Shown here piece by piece: positions 17,747-45,672 of a stretch of DNA of 64,000 bases. Positions within the stretch are counted from its first letter, which is position 1; each line of letters begins with the position of its first letter. The notes beneath the pieces were generated by a model, which saw nothing but the letters and a program-made list of their open reading frames with translations, was not told the origin of the DNA and ran no database searches. The position numbers were made by a program, and so were the translations under genes. Source of the DNA: Flaccisagitta enflata (lineage: Eukaryota); the NCBI GenBank assembly GCA_965153355.1, contig OZ231126.1, positions 49,476,001 through 49,540,000 on the forward strand. Direction: 5' to 3'.

Positions 17747-19407
17747 CAGAGACATACAGCCAGATAGAGACATACAGACAGACCGAGACAGATAGACACA
17801 CAGACAGATAGACACACAGACAGATAGACACACAGAAAGATAGACAGATAGAATGATGAATAGATCGACATAGAGAAAAGCAAAGTTCACAGGCGACTTT
17901 CTGGTAGGAGGAGGAAGAGGAGGAAGTGGAAGAGGAAGAGGAAGAGGAGAAGGGTCAGTAGCCATAACCGATCGTAACCGCATCAATGAGTAGCAATCGA
18001 TAATCCGGGTAACAGCTATTTACTAATCGACCAAAGGATAATATAGGGTACTCGCCGATGATTACTCATCGCCAATAGAAACAACTATGTTACTTTATAA
18101 GGACTTCAAATTTCATGCCTCGTTGGCGGGTATGCCTAATTGGTGGCCAGGGTCCGGCAAAATTTTTGGCTGCTTACAAGCATGATTTTTCAGTGGCTTC
18201 CTGCCTACAATAGAATTTAATGATTTTCGAACGTATTTGATCCATTCTAGATCAGTCAGAATTACAAATTCATTTAAAATCTCTCTCAAATCCAACTAAT
18301 TGGAAACTCTGAAAAACAAAATTTTGTTGTTCAGATTAAAGAATCTTTTTTTTTTTGTATTTCCACGACAAATTTATCATATATTTTTCTCTCCTGCCTG
18401 CAAAAATAGCTTGCTGCCTACGAGCAATGCTCGCGCGCTCGGGCACTTTGCCGCACCCTGTTGGTGGCAATGCCTTATAGGCGAGTATGCCTTTCGAACA
18501 TAGTTCAGCTGTATTCTTTTCCAATCTCATCTCCGTTTTGTAACTCGTCTCGTCTGTAAACAACAAACCCGAAGGCCGAGGAAACCTACACCTGGTTCAC
18601 ACTGTTTCATGACTTCCAAGAGATATTACTGCTACGTATCATTATTTTCTTGTAACATCAAAATATGCCCTGTAGCTAGAAATACCCCGTTTAACCCACA
18701 AAGTTGAATTGTCCTTTGACCGGGAATATCAGTCTTGCAGCGACTAACACCCCTCACGTTTTCAAACGGACACTTTATGTAGCTTCAAGCAGTTGTAACA
18801 TTCTTTTTCATGGAAAACTAGGAGTGGTGCGCGTATTAACTAGTCAATGAGGGATCACAAGGCCCTCTTCCATTTATTTCAGTTTGGGTATGGTGAGGGA
18901 TATTGTTCCACTTATCATGCATAAAAAACCAGACGAAATTTTAAACGGTGGTGCCCCTTGCATCACCAAGAATCTGTTCCAATTCCATCTGTTCCAAGGA
19001 GACTTTTTAAACATGAGTCACGATCAATTGGACTGTCCTTTTTTCTCAAAGTTTTTTGTAAGATACTTTTTGTTGTACATTTCATATGAGAGGTGTTATT
19101 CAAATGTTATGTCTCTGTCTTCAAAGATCATACCCGGACTTCAAGACTATCTGAGGTTCTTTGGAGTTACTACTTACCACCCAAAAATTTTGTGTCTTGT
19201 CCCTTTAATTTCTGATCAGCATTGCTGCATTAATCATAAATTTCGAAATATCAATAATTGAGCGCGTGTGTAGAATATCAATTGAATAAAGATCTATTCC
19301 AGTTAGTCGATGGAAAGACTTCATTTTCTACATTATCTAAGTTTTCTAGCCAATCCAGTGATTCACACACACACAGACACACACAGACACACACAGACAC
19401 ACACACA

Positions 19408-19615
<208 letters not shown>

Positions 19616-21161
19616 AATCTATGCATTCACAAACAGAAACACTGGCACAGGCATACTGGCACGGGCACACTGGCACAGCCACACACCGCATCGAACACGC
19701 TCACATCAATCAGGAAAACCTGTTCTGGGAAGAAACAGGAAAAGAACTTGCATAACTGATTTTGGTTGTTTCGTCAATCATCTACTAAATCAAGTTTTAA
19801 AAATTAATTTGATCAAGAGACCGGCCAAGAATTTTAGTCTCAGAAAAGTGGGTGAATGTAATCACGATATAGTAAAGCATAAAATGGGGGAAAGTATTTT
19901 TTGTATACAGAAAATAACGAAACTGATTTAGAAAAAGGAAAACCTGGACCTAATTCAATAGAAAAATCAACCGAAAAAAAGATCCTATGAATCTCATTTC
20001 CTATATCGGCGTCCAAAGACGTTGACATCCTATAAATTAAACGTTTTTATCCTCATTGGATAAGGTTTTTAGGCATTTTTTTTCGGACGGGAAACGTGAG
20101 GTAAGTTATATCATTTCGTGTTGACTTAATTTCATTCTCTGAAAATCAAAGTTATGGAACAAAATCATTTTCAACACGGTGCGATGGCTTGACGTTTTAA
20201 TTTCAGCGGCTTGGTTAATGCATAATAGGCTGGGCTCATTTTGGGCTTTCGAAAAAAATCTTTTCCAAGCTCTTTTCATCTTCAATTTGCATAACTAGAG
20301 CCCAATCTACTCGCAATTTGGACTTGGTCTTGGCATCATGTCATCAATGCTGTAGCCGTATAGCATTGATTGCTGTAACATCTATCGCATAATTATCGTC
20401 ACTACATTAGAATACTTTTTAAGAATTTTTACTATTGGTTTATTTTTTACAAAATTTTTTTGATTAATCAAATACTATCATTTATTTACTAAAAGGAAAG
20501 TAATTTTTGACCAAATAACCTTCATAGTATAGAAGTAAGACACATATGTTAAGAATTTTGAAAAAAGATAGTGATGGGAAATCTAGAGCTGGAATCTTGT
20601 TTTATATCAATTTTCTGAGTTCTCTGGTGCCATTCTTGTAAAGATGAGACTTGCAGGCATCAATACAATCTAGTAGTTCACTAATGCTGTGGCATATTGA
20701 TTGCTATCTATTAGAAATGATCAACAGTAAAGCCTTTTGATCAATTATGAATATTCAGTTAAATATAGGTAAAAATCAATTTTTTTGTTTAACAATTTGA
20801 ACCTATTACTGTGGTTTAAAAGTCGCAAATATTTTGAGCCTTCTTGATTCTCAAAAAAAGTGGTTCTTGGCTATCTCCTATTCAAATTTCATTACAGTAG
20901 GTCAATATTTAGTATAGTTTTTCTTCATTTGAAGTTGTGACAATAATTATGCGACAGATGTTAGTTGTAAGAGACGTTCACCAGAGTTCTCCATCATCAT
21001 TCTACACAACAACAGCTTTGGTGACGTGGTCCCTAGATCAAGTCCAAGTTGATTTTGCTAATTGGGTTCTAATTATGCAATTGGAACACGAAAATTGAGC
21101 CAAATCTAATGCATAATACTTTCAATGTATTAATTATGTTGTTGTATTCAGGAAAATCAAG

Positions 21162-34302
<13,141 letters not shown>

Positions 34303-35701
34303 AAAATATACCAGTGATGGCGGCTATCGCCGTGAGGAAAAAAGTCGTAAGCATTAATCACTTTTCACCATGCTTTTGTTTTCAGTAACTGCAATTCTTT
34401 TTAATTGTTTGATTAAATCAGGCAATTGTTTATATTGAATGCATTGAAAATCAGAGAAAAATAGGACTGAGCCAAATAAGCTAGATGAGCTAAAATCTTC
34501 AAACCCACTCACTCAGATAACTAGCTGTGCTCACTGACATGCTTTCTTGTATTTGCATGCTCAGACATGTATCAATACATTTATTTATAAATCCCATCTT
34601 AAAAAAAAAAGAGCTAAATGAGCTAAGCGATCTGGAATACTTAAAAACACCCTCACAGATGAGCAGTTATGCTCACTGACATGCTTTCTTTTATTTGCAT
34701 GCTCAGACAAGTATCAAAACATCTATTCTTTTATCCAATTCAAAATCAGAAGAAAAAGACTGAGCAAAATGAGCTAATTGAGCTGGCATACTCAAAAACA
34801 CCCTCACAGATGAACAGCTATGCTCATAAACATGGTCAAGCAAACATTGATACACTTTTTTTATTGATCCTACACAAAATTATGAACAATCAAAAAAAAT
34901 TCAAATTAAACTTTTTGTAAAAAAATCTTTTAGAAATCATAACTCAAAAGATATTTGTCGTAGAACATTCTGCTTGCGTCAAATAAAAGAGAATTATCAA
35001 ATTTACTTACTCTATCAATTTTGTTGAAGCCACAATCAGCCGGATCAGTTCCGAATCTTTATGATAAGATAATGAAAACCATATTTTTCTCGACTATGTA
35101 AAAAAGTCGAAGACTGACTTTGACTTTTTTTCCCGATAAACAGAGCTTTACTCTTCATGTCTTACTTATTCCGTGCGCGTGCCAACAAAAATCTGCACAT
35201 ACATCAAAAAATATATCCAAGCAAGAAATGGTTCATTTTGAAATATTGAATATTCGAAATGTATTTGGTCTGCCACTCATTTATCTATTTCATTTTCTGT
35301 TTTCATTTTCTATTATCATTTTCTATTATCATTTTCAGTTGGATGAGATTTGACTTAACCAGGCCGGACGCATGGACCAAGACAGTGCACCTGGCCTTTT
35401 TATGCAAAGCTCTATTGGCTCCCCCATGTCTTCACATTTCTTAAGCTCTACTAGTTATATCCTGCTATCATGTCCTTGAACCAATCCTTTCAAGATCATA
35501 GAATACACTTTTTATTTTTTACCAATATAGGCGGCTATCGCCGACCGGAAAAAAAGTCATAAATGAGTCTCTTTTTTCAGCGTATGTTTTTCTGTGTGTG
35601 CATCTCATGCTATCTGGTTGAATGCCTGTCTGTTTTTGTTATTCAATCTCGGTCTCTTTGTGTCTCTTTTTCCTTTCTGTCTCTGTCTTCCTCTTTTTTT
35701 G

Positions 35702-35831
<130 letters not shown>

Positions 35832-36454
35832 AAATGTTAGAGTCATAAAAGTTGTAAACAATATTTTGTTTTTAAACAGTAAACTGCATCAAAGTCAACG
35901 GTATGAAATATATACCTATTATGTTTTGTCCATTGACTGTAGGGCCCAAAATTAGAATCAATGAAAAATATCAATTTTCCGGGAAGATGCGAAAAAATAA
36001 AAAAAGAATAAAAAAATCATAACTTCAAAATCGTAGAGACCTCTGGTTGGTGCCATTTGAAAGAAAAAAGTAAGCTCTTTCTTAACTGTGAATATAAAAC
36101 AAGGCCAAGTAGGCCAACGATGCGGGTCTTTTTGAATAAATGTTTTTTTATGAGTGAATGTTTTTTATGATTGAATATCATTTATGAATGAATAAATGAT
36201 TTATTGAAACAATAACTAACTGTATGCTACTTTTACCTGAGGGCTTTTCACACGAAACCCTTAAGTGACCCTTAAGTGACCCTTAAGGGTTTTGTGTAAA
36301 AAGCCCTCTGAGGGTTAGGCCCACCTTTTTGTTGAAAAAATGCATGATTTTGATGTTTTTTATGAATGCTTTACCAACAGACAGACAGACAGACAGACCA
36401 ACCGACAGACGGACAAAGCCTATTATAGAGATGCGAGGACGCATCTAAAATGTG

Positions 36455-36760
36455 CAGGGGTGTAGATTATTGAGTCGCTTTTGATTTCCCCCCTCCTGCC
36501 TTTGATTTTCTTCCCCGCGATGTGTGATGTGGCGTCGCGTTTTTATATTCATGATTTTCTTCCCCATATAGCAATAAAACAATGTAGTTGAGGTTTAAAT
36601 AGTGTTAAATTGTGTTTTACTAATTGTGTTTTATGATTTGGTACTGTCAAAAGTTATATGTCCCCCAAATATCCTTTTTTTCTCTTTTCACCCCCTTTGA
36701 TTTCTTTCCCCATCTCCAAACCCGGGGGGGGGGGGGAGAACTCAATAATATACAGGCCTG
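36455..36760. mobile_element. hAT-like MITE (copy 2)
   Basis: CAGGGGTGTA...TACAGGCCTG, perfect 8-bp TSD AAAATGTG. Confidence 0.85.
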
Positions 36761-36871
36761 AAAATGTGTCATCCCAGGCAGGAAATGGCTCAACTTCCAC
36801 AAGTGCCTTCTATCAAAAATGGATAACCTGATTTCTCCCCAACGTTTCAAAAAGTCAATCACGTTATTCGA

Positions 36872-37029
36872 TTTTTTTAGTCGCGGACAAGCGACTCTAC
36901 ACCTTGCCGTGTCGGTCGGTCCGTCCGTCCATTGGTCCGTCGGTCACATTTCTAAATTGCGATCGGTTTTCGCATTACTGCTCCTGCCAAACCGTCCGCG
37001 ACTGGATTGCCGTGTATCCGGCCTTGTTT
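36872..37029 (+). mobile_element. HINE-like family A, short intact copy (others at 10041-10211, 44008-44156, 44214-44437, 45681-45824 on the - strand)
   Basis: 5' hairpin AGTCGCGGACAAGCGACT, GTCS microsatellite, subTIR CGCGACT, 3' hairpin GCCGTGTATCCGGC then CTTGTT. Confidence 0.8.
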
Positions 37030-37765
37030 CAATAAGAACGTCCTTTTTTATGAATAGAAGCTTTTAAAAGATATTGAGATAGCTTCTGATAAGATAACTG
37101 TAACGTTCTTAATTTTTGAGATATTTCAAGGCTGTTCTTGTAAACTAGGTTCTTAAAAAAATAAGTGTATGACTTATGAAGAAAAGTTTGAAGAAAATCA
37201 ACAAAAGTTTTCACAAAGGCGGTCAATTTTAAAGGAAGTCAAGGTATTGTGGGGTTTTCTTAGTGATTTTTAACATGAGCTTAACCGACAGAGTCCGAGG
37301 CAGACGGACTGAGCCTTTATAAGTTTATACCGGTATAGGGGTGCACCTAAAAAGTCGAGCTTAACTTTTGTCTTCATCAATTTGCCATTCGACTATGCGC
37401 GCTCTTTTGGCTCCTTGTACTAGTTTTTATTCGGTATGACATCAGAAATAGAAAAAAGAACAACATAAAATTTAGTCTTTACAAGCAATCAAAAGTGATT
37501 GAGGGATTCAATGTAAGGGGCGCAGGGGAAGGTACTCTTTTTTTTTTTATAAGAACCTAGTTTATAAGAACATCAAGGCTTCAAATTGCCCAAAAATTAA
37601 GAACATCTTAAGAATATACAAAGGCTTCAAATCTTGAGAAAAATTTTCACTTAATGTAGCATTTAAAGAAAATCAACAAAACACTAACATTTTAGCATAA
37701 TTAAGAAAATCTTTTTAAATTCTAATATAAATACTATGAAAATATCTTCAGATACTATTGTTTAA

Positions 37766-40700
37766 CATTCCCTCACATGCATATCTTCAGCTAGCATGTA
37801 AAAAAAAAAAAAATCTTTGAGGGTGGCAAAAAAAAAGTGATTTCTATGTAAAATTGCATCAGGAATCCATTTTTGATGTTTTTAGGGCCCTACGAGGGGG
37901 CCCCTAGAAACGCACCAAAAAAAACAGCCAAAAATAGCCTATTTTGGCTATTTTTGTTGAAAATTTTTTGCTTAATGAGACCCCAACCCCCAAATTTTTT
38001 TGGTGGTAATACTTCTTGATGTAAGAGACTGAAAAAAAAATGATCATCATGGTAAGTGATGGTTGGGGTACCTAAAAAGGCCCAAAAAGGGCCCGTAAAA
38101 CATAAAAATATCACTTTTTTATTCATTGCGCGTCTAAAAATGCTTGGATTCCTACAAAATTTGAAATGGAACTTCTCATTTTATGCAACAAGCTTCCTGC
38201 AAAGTTTTGTGGCCACTTTTGAACAGCTTCATATTGAAATTATGCTAAAAAAAAACAAAATTCGACCAAAAAAAACCCAATTTTTGAGTTTTCTTACATG
38301 AAAACACTATTTCAAGGTCCCTGAATCCAATTTTTTTTTGAAAATGGTTAGTCATGCATCTTGGGAGATCCCAGAAAAAATTTCAGCAGATATTTCAAAA
38401 AAATGGCCGAGTTATTACGGTTCAAAATGACCTGGTAAATGAAAAAAAACACAATTTTGTAACTTCAAGGCTGTAGTACTGAAAAATCATACTAAAAGCA
38501 CTTGGAAAATAGATATATTAAAAAGAAAATGCATGGGGAATCCATTACTGGTGGTTTGGGGGCTCTATAAGGGGGCCCCTGGAAGCACCCCCCCCAAAAA
38601 AAGCTAAAAATGAACTATTTTGTAAAGTTGATCATTTTTCTGTTTACTGTTCACATGCAGGAACAACTATTTTTTATATAACACTGGTTTAAGTGAAAAT
38701 GAAAATTGAATTTACAGAGGTGGGGGGGGGGCAATTTTGTGGATTTCTATTTTTTTTCATGAAATACTCCAATTAAGGAACCAAAAATTAACAGTGAGCT
38801 TTTTGCATTAAATGCAAAGTTCTATTTCAATTTTTTGAAGAAATCCAAGCATTTTTAAAGCACAATGAATAACAAATTTGTATCATTGTTTTATCACCCT
38901 TTTTTGGGCCTTTCAGGTACCCCAAACATCACCTACCATCATGATTCTTTTTTTCATTCTCTTTCATCAAGAAGTATTCTTACCTTAAATTTTAGAAGGT
39001 TGGAGTCTCATTGATAAATTTCTTTTTACCAAATATAGCAAAAACAGGCTATTTATGGAAAGTCTTTTTGGTGCGTTTCTAGGGGCCCCCTTATAGGACC
39101 CTTAAACCATCTGAAATAGATTCACCATGCATTTTTAAATACATTTAACTTTTTTCCAGTTACTCTTAGTAGAATTTTTCATGCAAACAGCCTCTTTACT
39201 TTTTTCATTAACCAGGTCATTTTAAACAGTACCAGCATTTTCTAAAAATATCTGCTTAAATTTTTTCTGGGACCTTTTAAGATACATGAGAAACCATTTA
39301 GAAAAAACAAAGCCAACCCTTATAAGTCGCGTGCGAGACATAGATAACTTATAATGACTCAAATTGACTTAAAATGACTTAAGATGACTGAAAATAACTT
39401 AAAAAGACATAAAATGATGATAAATGACTTATACGACTAAATTGACCAAATTGACATAAGCGACTTGATATAATGTAAAATGACTCAAAATGACTTACAA
39501 TGACTTACGATAACTTAGAAAGACTTAGAATGACTAAAAATGGCCTAAAATGACTAAGAATAACTAAAAGTAATAAAAAGAATAATGTTTGACCATCGGA
39601 CTGACGGACGGACAGAGGGACAGACAAAGCGGGTTGTAGAGTCGCGTGCACGCGACAAAAATTGGATTCCATGACCTTGAAATAGTGTCTACATGTGAGA
39701 AAACTAAAAAATTGGCTTATTTTGGGGCGAATTTTGTTTTTTTGAGTATGATTTTACCATGAATCTGTTCAAAAGCTTTTTACATAAAATGAGAATCTCC
39801 ATTTCAAATTTTTTTGGAATCCAAGCATTTTTGGACGCGCAGTGAATAAAAAAATGATATCTTTATGTTTTACGGGCCCCTTTTGGGCCTTTTTAGGTAC
39901 CCCAACCATCATCTACCATCATGATTCTCTTTCCATCAGTCTCTTACATCAAGAAGTATAGCCCAAACAAATTTGGAAGGATTGGGTCTCTTTAAACAAG
40001 ACAATTTCTAAAAAAATAGCCAAAATAGGCTATTTTTAGCTTTTTTTTGGGTTGTGTTTCCAGGGGCCCCCTTGTAGAGCCCCCAAACCACCAGTAATGA
40101 ATTCCCCATGCATTTTCTTTTTAATTTGTCTATTTTCCAGGTTTTTTTAGTATAATTTTTCAGTTCTACAGCCTTGAAGTTACAAAATTGTGTTTTTTTT
40201 CATTTACCAGGTCATTTTGAACTGTAATAACTCGGCCATTTTTTGGAAATATCTGCGGAAATTTTTTCTGGGATCTCTCAAGATGCATGACTAACCATTT
40301 AAAAAAAAAAATTGGATTCAGGGACCTTGAAATAGTGTTTTCATGTAAGAATACTAAAAAATTGGGTTTTTTTTTGGCCGAATTTTGTTTTTTGGAGCAT
40401 AATTTCAACATGAAGCTGTTCAAAAGTGGCCACAAAACTTTGCAGGAAGATTGTTGCATAAAATGAGAAGTTCCATTTCAAATTTTGTAGGAATCCAAGC
40501 ATTTTTAGATGCGCAGTGAATAAAAAAGTGATATTTCGATGTTTTACGGGCCCTTTTTGGGCCTTTTTAGGTACCCCAACCATCACTTACCATGATGATC
40601 ATTTTTTTTTCAGTCTCTTACATCAAGAAGTATTACCACCAAAAAAATTTGGGGGTTGGGGTCTCATAAAGCAAAAAATTTTCAACAAAAATAGCCAAAA

Positions 40701-40885
40701 TAGGCTATTTTTGGCTGTTTTTTTTGGTGCGTTTCTAGGGGCCCCCTCGTAGGGCCCTAAAAACATCAAAAATGGAATCCTGATGCAATTTTACATAGAA
40801 ATCACTTTTTTTTTGGCACCCTCAACGATTTTTTTTTTCTTACAAGAAATAACGCAGCTAGCTGAAGATATGCATTTGAGGGCAT
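37766..40885. mobile_element. Foldback structure built from about 650-bp subunits
   Basis: About 37800-38610 is the reverse complement of about 40040-40845 (ORFs 37890..38126- and 40516..40752+ differ by 1 aa); the same unit recurs at about 38840, 39820 and 40490. Confidence 0.85.
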
Positions 40886-41036
40886 TTGTTTTAATAATAT
40901 TTAATATAAACATATTTAATATAATCAAATTATAGTATATTATAGGGTTCCTTATAATTTATATAATATTTTAAATTAAGAACACTCATAGAATGTTAAA
41001 GGCTTTATTTGGCCTCAAAAATAAGAACATGAAGTA

Positions 41037-41384
41037 CGTGTGTCAGGGTGCCAAAAAAGGGCGAAACTGGCTTCCTCCCCGCCCTCATCGTTTTCTTTTG
41101 CAAAATTCCTTTCAAACGAGCTGTCGCGCGACCTTTAATTCGATCGGGAACCATCGTTAGGGAGTGGTTGAAGTTTGTATTGAATTGGCATTGGAATAAA
41201 TATTTTTATTATGCAAATTTTTTCTCCTCCATAGATATATATGGAGACTTCATGGTCACACTAACGATGGTTCCCGATCGATTTGAAAGTCACGCGACGG
41301 GTCATTTGATAGCATTTAAGCAAAGAAAACAGATGTTGGCGGGGGGAAAGCCAATTTCAGCCGATTCCGGCACTCTGACATGCG
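41037..41384. mobile_element. Palindromic MITE
   Basis: TA|CGTGTGTCAGGGTGCC...GGCACTCTGACATGCG|TA; internal GATCGGGAACCATCGTTAG inverted pair. Confidence 0.75.
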
Positions 41385-41438
41385 TAACATAAAACCTTCG
41401 AAAAAAAATTGACGTTCTTATAAAAAAAAAAGTGTACT

Positions 41439-43952
41439 GCTGGCCTCCTGCACTTGAAACTCATCAAAAGGGATTTGATTTTTAAGTCTCCAGGGGGGTG
41501 TATGGGCCCATAACATGACATGTTGTGGCAATCTGGGCTCATTTGACCCAAAAAAAGGACCCGGATGGGCTAATAAACAGGTCAAAACAGGTAAAAATTA
41601 AGGTTTTTTTGCAATTTGGCTTGCTGAAATGATTTCTGATAATGATTATTGTGCAAATATATAATTGTCTAATGTGAATCAAGTGCACAGGGTTGAATGA
41701 GGCCATAAAAGTTTTATTACTAGCCAAAATGAAGTCAAAATAGCTAAAAAACTGGTCAAAATAAGCAAGAACAACATTTTTCTGTTTTCTGGTTTATCAA
41801 AATGATTTTTAGGGACAATTTTAGTGAAAATTCATAATCATCTAATGTGAATCAAGTGAACAAAGTTGTATGAGCCCATTAAAGCTTTAAAACTGGCTAA
41901 AATCAGATTAAATAGCTGAAAAACTGGTCAAAACAAGTAAAAACAAAAATTGCAGCATTTTTTCATTTCCTGTTTTTATGTTAAGATACCTAAAGAGATT
42001 AACTGTAAAAACATGTTATTGTTCAATGTAAATTAAGTGTATCAAGTTGTGGGAGCCCATGGGGGTCTAAAAACAGGCAAAAATTAGCTATCAAGCAGCC
42101 TAGAGTCTGACTTTTTAACTGTCCATCAACAATTCTAATGCAAGATTTAACTACGATGCAACAATCAGAAAAAAAAATTCATATTTTAAAAAACATTTGA
42201 AAAAGATGTTCTTGGTTTTTAAAATAGTAGGATAAGGAAGGTAAAACATGGTCAAACAATTCAAAATATGCCAAAAGTCATATCATGTGAGAATCTTTGA
42301 CTAAACCATTTGATTTGCAGATTGGAAATTAAAGCGAAACTTTGGATCCATTTTACAGACATTCATTTTCACATAATATATCTTTTAAAAAAGATATTGC
42401 GGGAGCAGCTGCTTAAAGATTCAGATCTAGAACTGAAAGGTCATTCCCTTAATGACCTCACAATTCATGAGAGCAAAAACAGGATCTCTTCGCTTGATGT
42501 TTTATGCAAGATTGATAGAGGGCCTCCTTGTTAAAACATGTTTTTCTTCATATGCATCAACACTTTCTCCTTCACTATAAATCCAATATGTTTTCCCTGT
42601 ATCATCCTTGGCTCTAGTCTTGATAGCTTGAATTAGATGAGCCTTGATTGTGTCACTGACCTCATCATAGGAGATGACTGAACAGACAGACTATTAATTT
42701 TCAAGAGGTGCAATGAAGAACTCCTCTTCTGATGGTGGCCATTTCAAGTCAACAAAAGGCTCTTCAGATTTTTTTAATGATTGAGTGCGCTTAAGAGTAG
42801 GGTTTGAAGCCAAAACATTTGTTCTTTTATAAATGTCTTCAACAGTAATCACTAATTGGTTAGAAGAGTCAACGGCATGCAGTTCCAGGAGATTTTGATA
42901 CATCTTTGTGAAAGAGATATTATATTGCTTGAACAAAACAAAGTCATTTGGAAGCTCTGAAAATATCAGCTTTATCTCTTTCCCCATCAGAGATAATCTA
43001 TCTTGCTCACTGAACTTCTGAATCTTGGCAAACATCAAGTTGACATCATCTCGTGAAGTTACAGGTCCATGGAAGTTGTGGTTCCTTCTATTTTCAGCAC
43101 ACTGTGCATTGAGCTTGTTTTTTGGTTGCCCTCTGGCAAGAATGTCAGCCTTTGAATCAGTGACATAAATCTTGGCTTTCATGATATCCTTTTGAGCTTT
43201 TGTCCAGTCTGCTTCAATTTTGTCAACTTATTTCTTTTAACTCTTCAACTCTATTTTTTTTCACCATCTTTTCTGCACCATTTGTGAAAGCCAAGTCAGC
43301 ATTGGAGCTGAGCACTAGCCTTTTACTAATTACAGGAAAGGCAGCACCTGCTTTTTTTTTAGCTGTGCTGTCATTTGTTCAAAATAGTTTTAACCAACTT
43401 TTTTATCAGTTGCTCCTGAGTGAAAATCTCAGAGAGAGAAAGAAAAAGAAAGAGATTTTTGATGTTTTACAATGATTTTGACCTAACATTAGCCTAATAC
43501 TGCTTTGACCTAAGCCTGATGCATATACATTACTGGTCTAAAGAAATATAAAGAAAAATCAATCTAATCAACTATCTTTCAAGTTTTTTAACAACTATAT
43601 TTGAACACTTTTTTTGTAGATTTATGCTTAATTTAGCTTAATTTGACCTAATTTTGACGTGTTCAAGCCCTAATCAAAGCTCAAATTTTTTCCTTAAACT
43701 ACCACACTACCAAATTAGCATTGATCTATTCATATTTTTTACATACTACCTGAATCATGCAAGCAATTACTGAAAAAACCAGTTTTGGCCTATTTTGACC
43801 AGGTTTTTGGGCCATCCGGGTCCTTTTTTTGGGCCAACTGGGCCCAGATTGCCAGAATACATTGTGTATTGGGCCCATACACATGTCTAGTGCCTTAAAA
43901 ATGTCATCAGAAAAAAATCCTAATTTTTTTTGCCCAAGTGCAGGAGGCCAGC
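41439..43952 (-). mobile_element. TIR element with a degraded protein-coding remnant (about 42540-43400)
   Basis: TIR GCTGGCCTCCTGCACTTG / CAAGTGCAGGAGGCCAGC plus about 150 bp of imperfect subterminal inverted repeat; ORF 42694..43182 continues past a stop (...SVISYDEVSDTIKAHLIQAIKTRAKDDTGKTYWIYSEGESVDAY). Confidence 0.7.
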
Positions 43953-44770
43953 TACTGCCACTACTGCCATGGCAGCACCTTTTGTTGGACACCAATTTCT
44001 TCTAGAAAAAACAAGGCCGGATACACGGCAATCCAGTCGCGGACGGTTGGGCAGGAGCAGTAATGCGGAAACCGCTCGTAATTCAAAAATGTTACTTACT
44101 TACTTATGTACCGACCGACACAGCAAGTTCTAGAGTCGCGTGTCCGCGACTAAAAATGAGGGGAAAGGAGTAAAGGAAAAAAAAAAAGATAGGATGAAAG
44201 AAAAAAGTAGGAAACAACTGACGCGGGGTCACAATATCATTACGGACGGGTGGGCAGGGGCATCTAACCCCCATCCACCCCCACACACATGCCAAAAAAA
44301 ACATTTGAAATGCTTTTTTTTACACTTTTTGACTCATGCGTAAGGGACAGACGGATGGATGAACGGACCAACGGACCAACGGACCAACGGATGTACAGAC
44401 AAAGCCTCTTAAAGAGTTGCGTGTCCGCAACTAAAAAGAGAAAAAAAGGAGAGAGAGAAAGCAAAACTAAGTTGTTTATTGTGAAACTATGGCAGTAATC
44501 ACTGTTTATTACAGTTATAGGAAAAAAAACACTGGTTAGTTTTTGATGCGGCACTAAATATGTCAGACACTGATTGGAGGGTGGCAGTATTAAATAATCA
44601 TATTTCCTACGCCCCTGTTCAATGTTAAACAGTTGTGAAAAAAGTTACTAGTCTAGGGGTATAGGGGTCTAGGGGTATAGGGCCGCTGCCCTGCTCTTTA
44701 CTTCCTCAGCTTCTTCAAGTGGGGAAACGGGTACCGCTGACCAAGTCCGATCCTTGGATGACAAACTGTA

Positions 44771-44887
<117 letters not shown>

Positions 44888-45168
44888 CTATCTATCCGTC
44901 TGTCTTTCTGTCTCTTTCTCTGCCTATCCGGCCTATGCTCCGGGTAGTAACTTTGAATTTGAATAATGCTTCTGTTTTTTTTTCTCCATCGGAACCAACC
45001 ATCAATTTATGAAATCATCCTATTTCCTTTTCCGTCCAATCAAAATCAACGCCCCTTTTCAGTCACAAACTAAACGGACGACTTTGAAAGAAGCTGTGTC
45101 TGCTCGCCGCACTTTGGCCAGGTGCGCACAATCACCCTCCACACCCCAAACAAACTCACAAACACACA

Positions 45169-45293
<125 letters not shown>

Positions 45294-45543
45294 TAAGTCG
45301 GTATATAAAATGCGCGATTTCACACTTTCTAACTCGAGAGTGATTTGAGCCTATTTCACCAAGACCCACAAAATAACCCATTCCACTCCGACTACTTTCC
45401 ACTACATCCTAACATTCCACTTTTCTGCCTGATCGTGAACCTTTAGACAGAGAGCGTGAAATTTGGAGGGCGATGACCGCACATGACGTCGATGTGCCAC
45501 GTGGGGGTAATTACGGCTCAAGATGACCTGTTCCATGGGACTC

Positions 45544-45602
<59 letters not shown>

Positions 45603-45622
45603 AGAAAGAAAGACAGAAAGAT

Positions 45623-45672
<50 letters not shown>

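Larger units (their letters stand above)
37535..41434. mobile_element. TA-flanked TIR element containing a foldback structure and a MITE
   Basis: TA|CTCTTTTTTTTTTTATAAGAAC ... GTTCTTATAAAAAAAAAAAGTG|TA. Confidence 0.65.

Noticed and set aside
18960..19200. Possible LINE reverse-transcriptase fragment on the - strand (PGMIFEDRDITFE*HL)
   Set aside because: Similarity to the LG(I/V)xFDxxLTFxxHI motif is too weak to support without a search.
37890..40752. Duplicated 78-81 aa ORF pairs as genes
   Set aside because: They arise from the inverted arms of a foldback element and are low-complexity.
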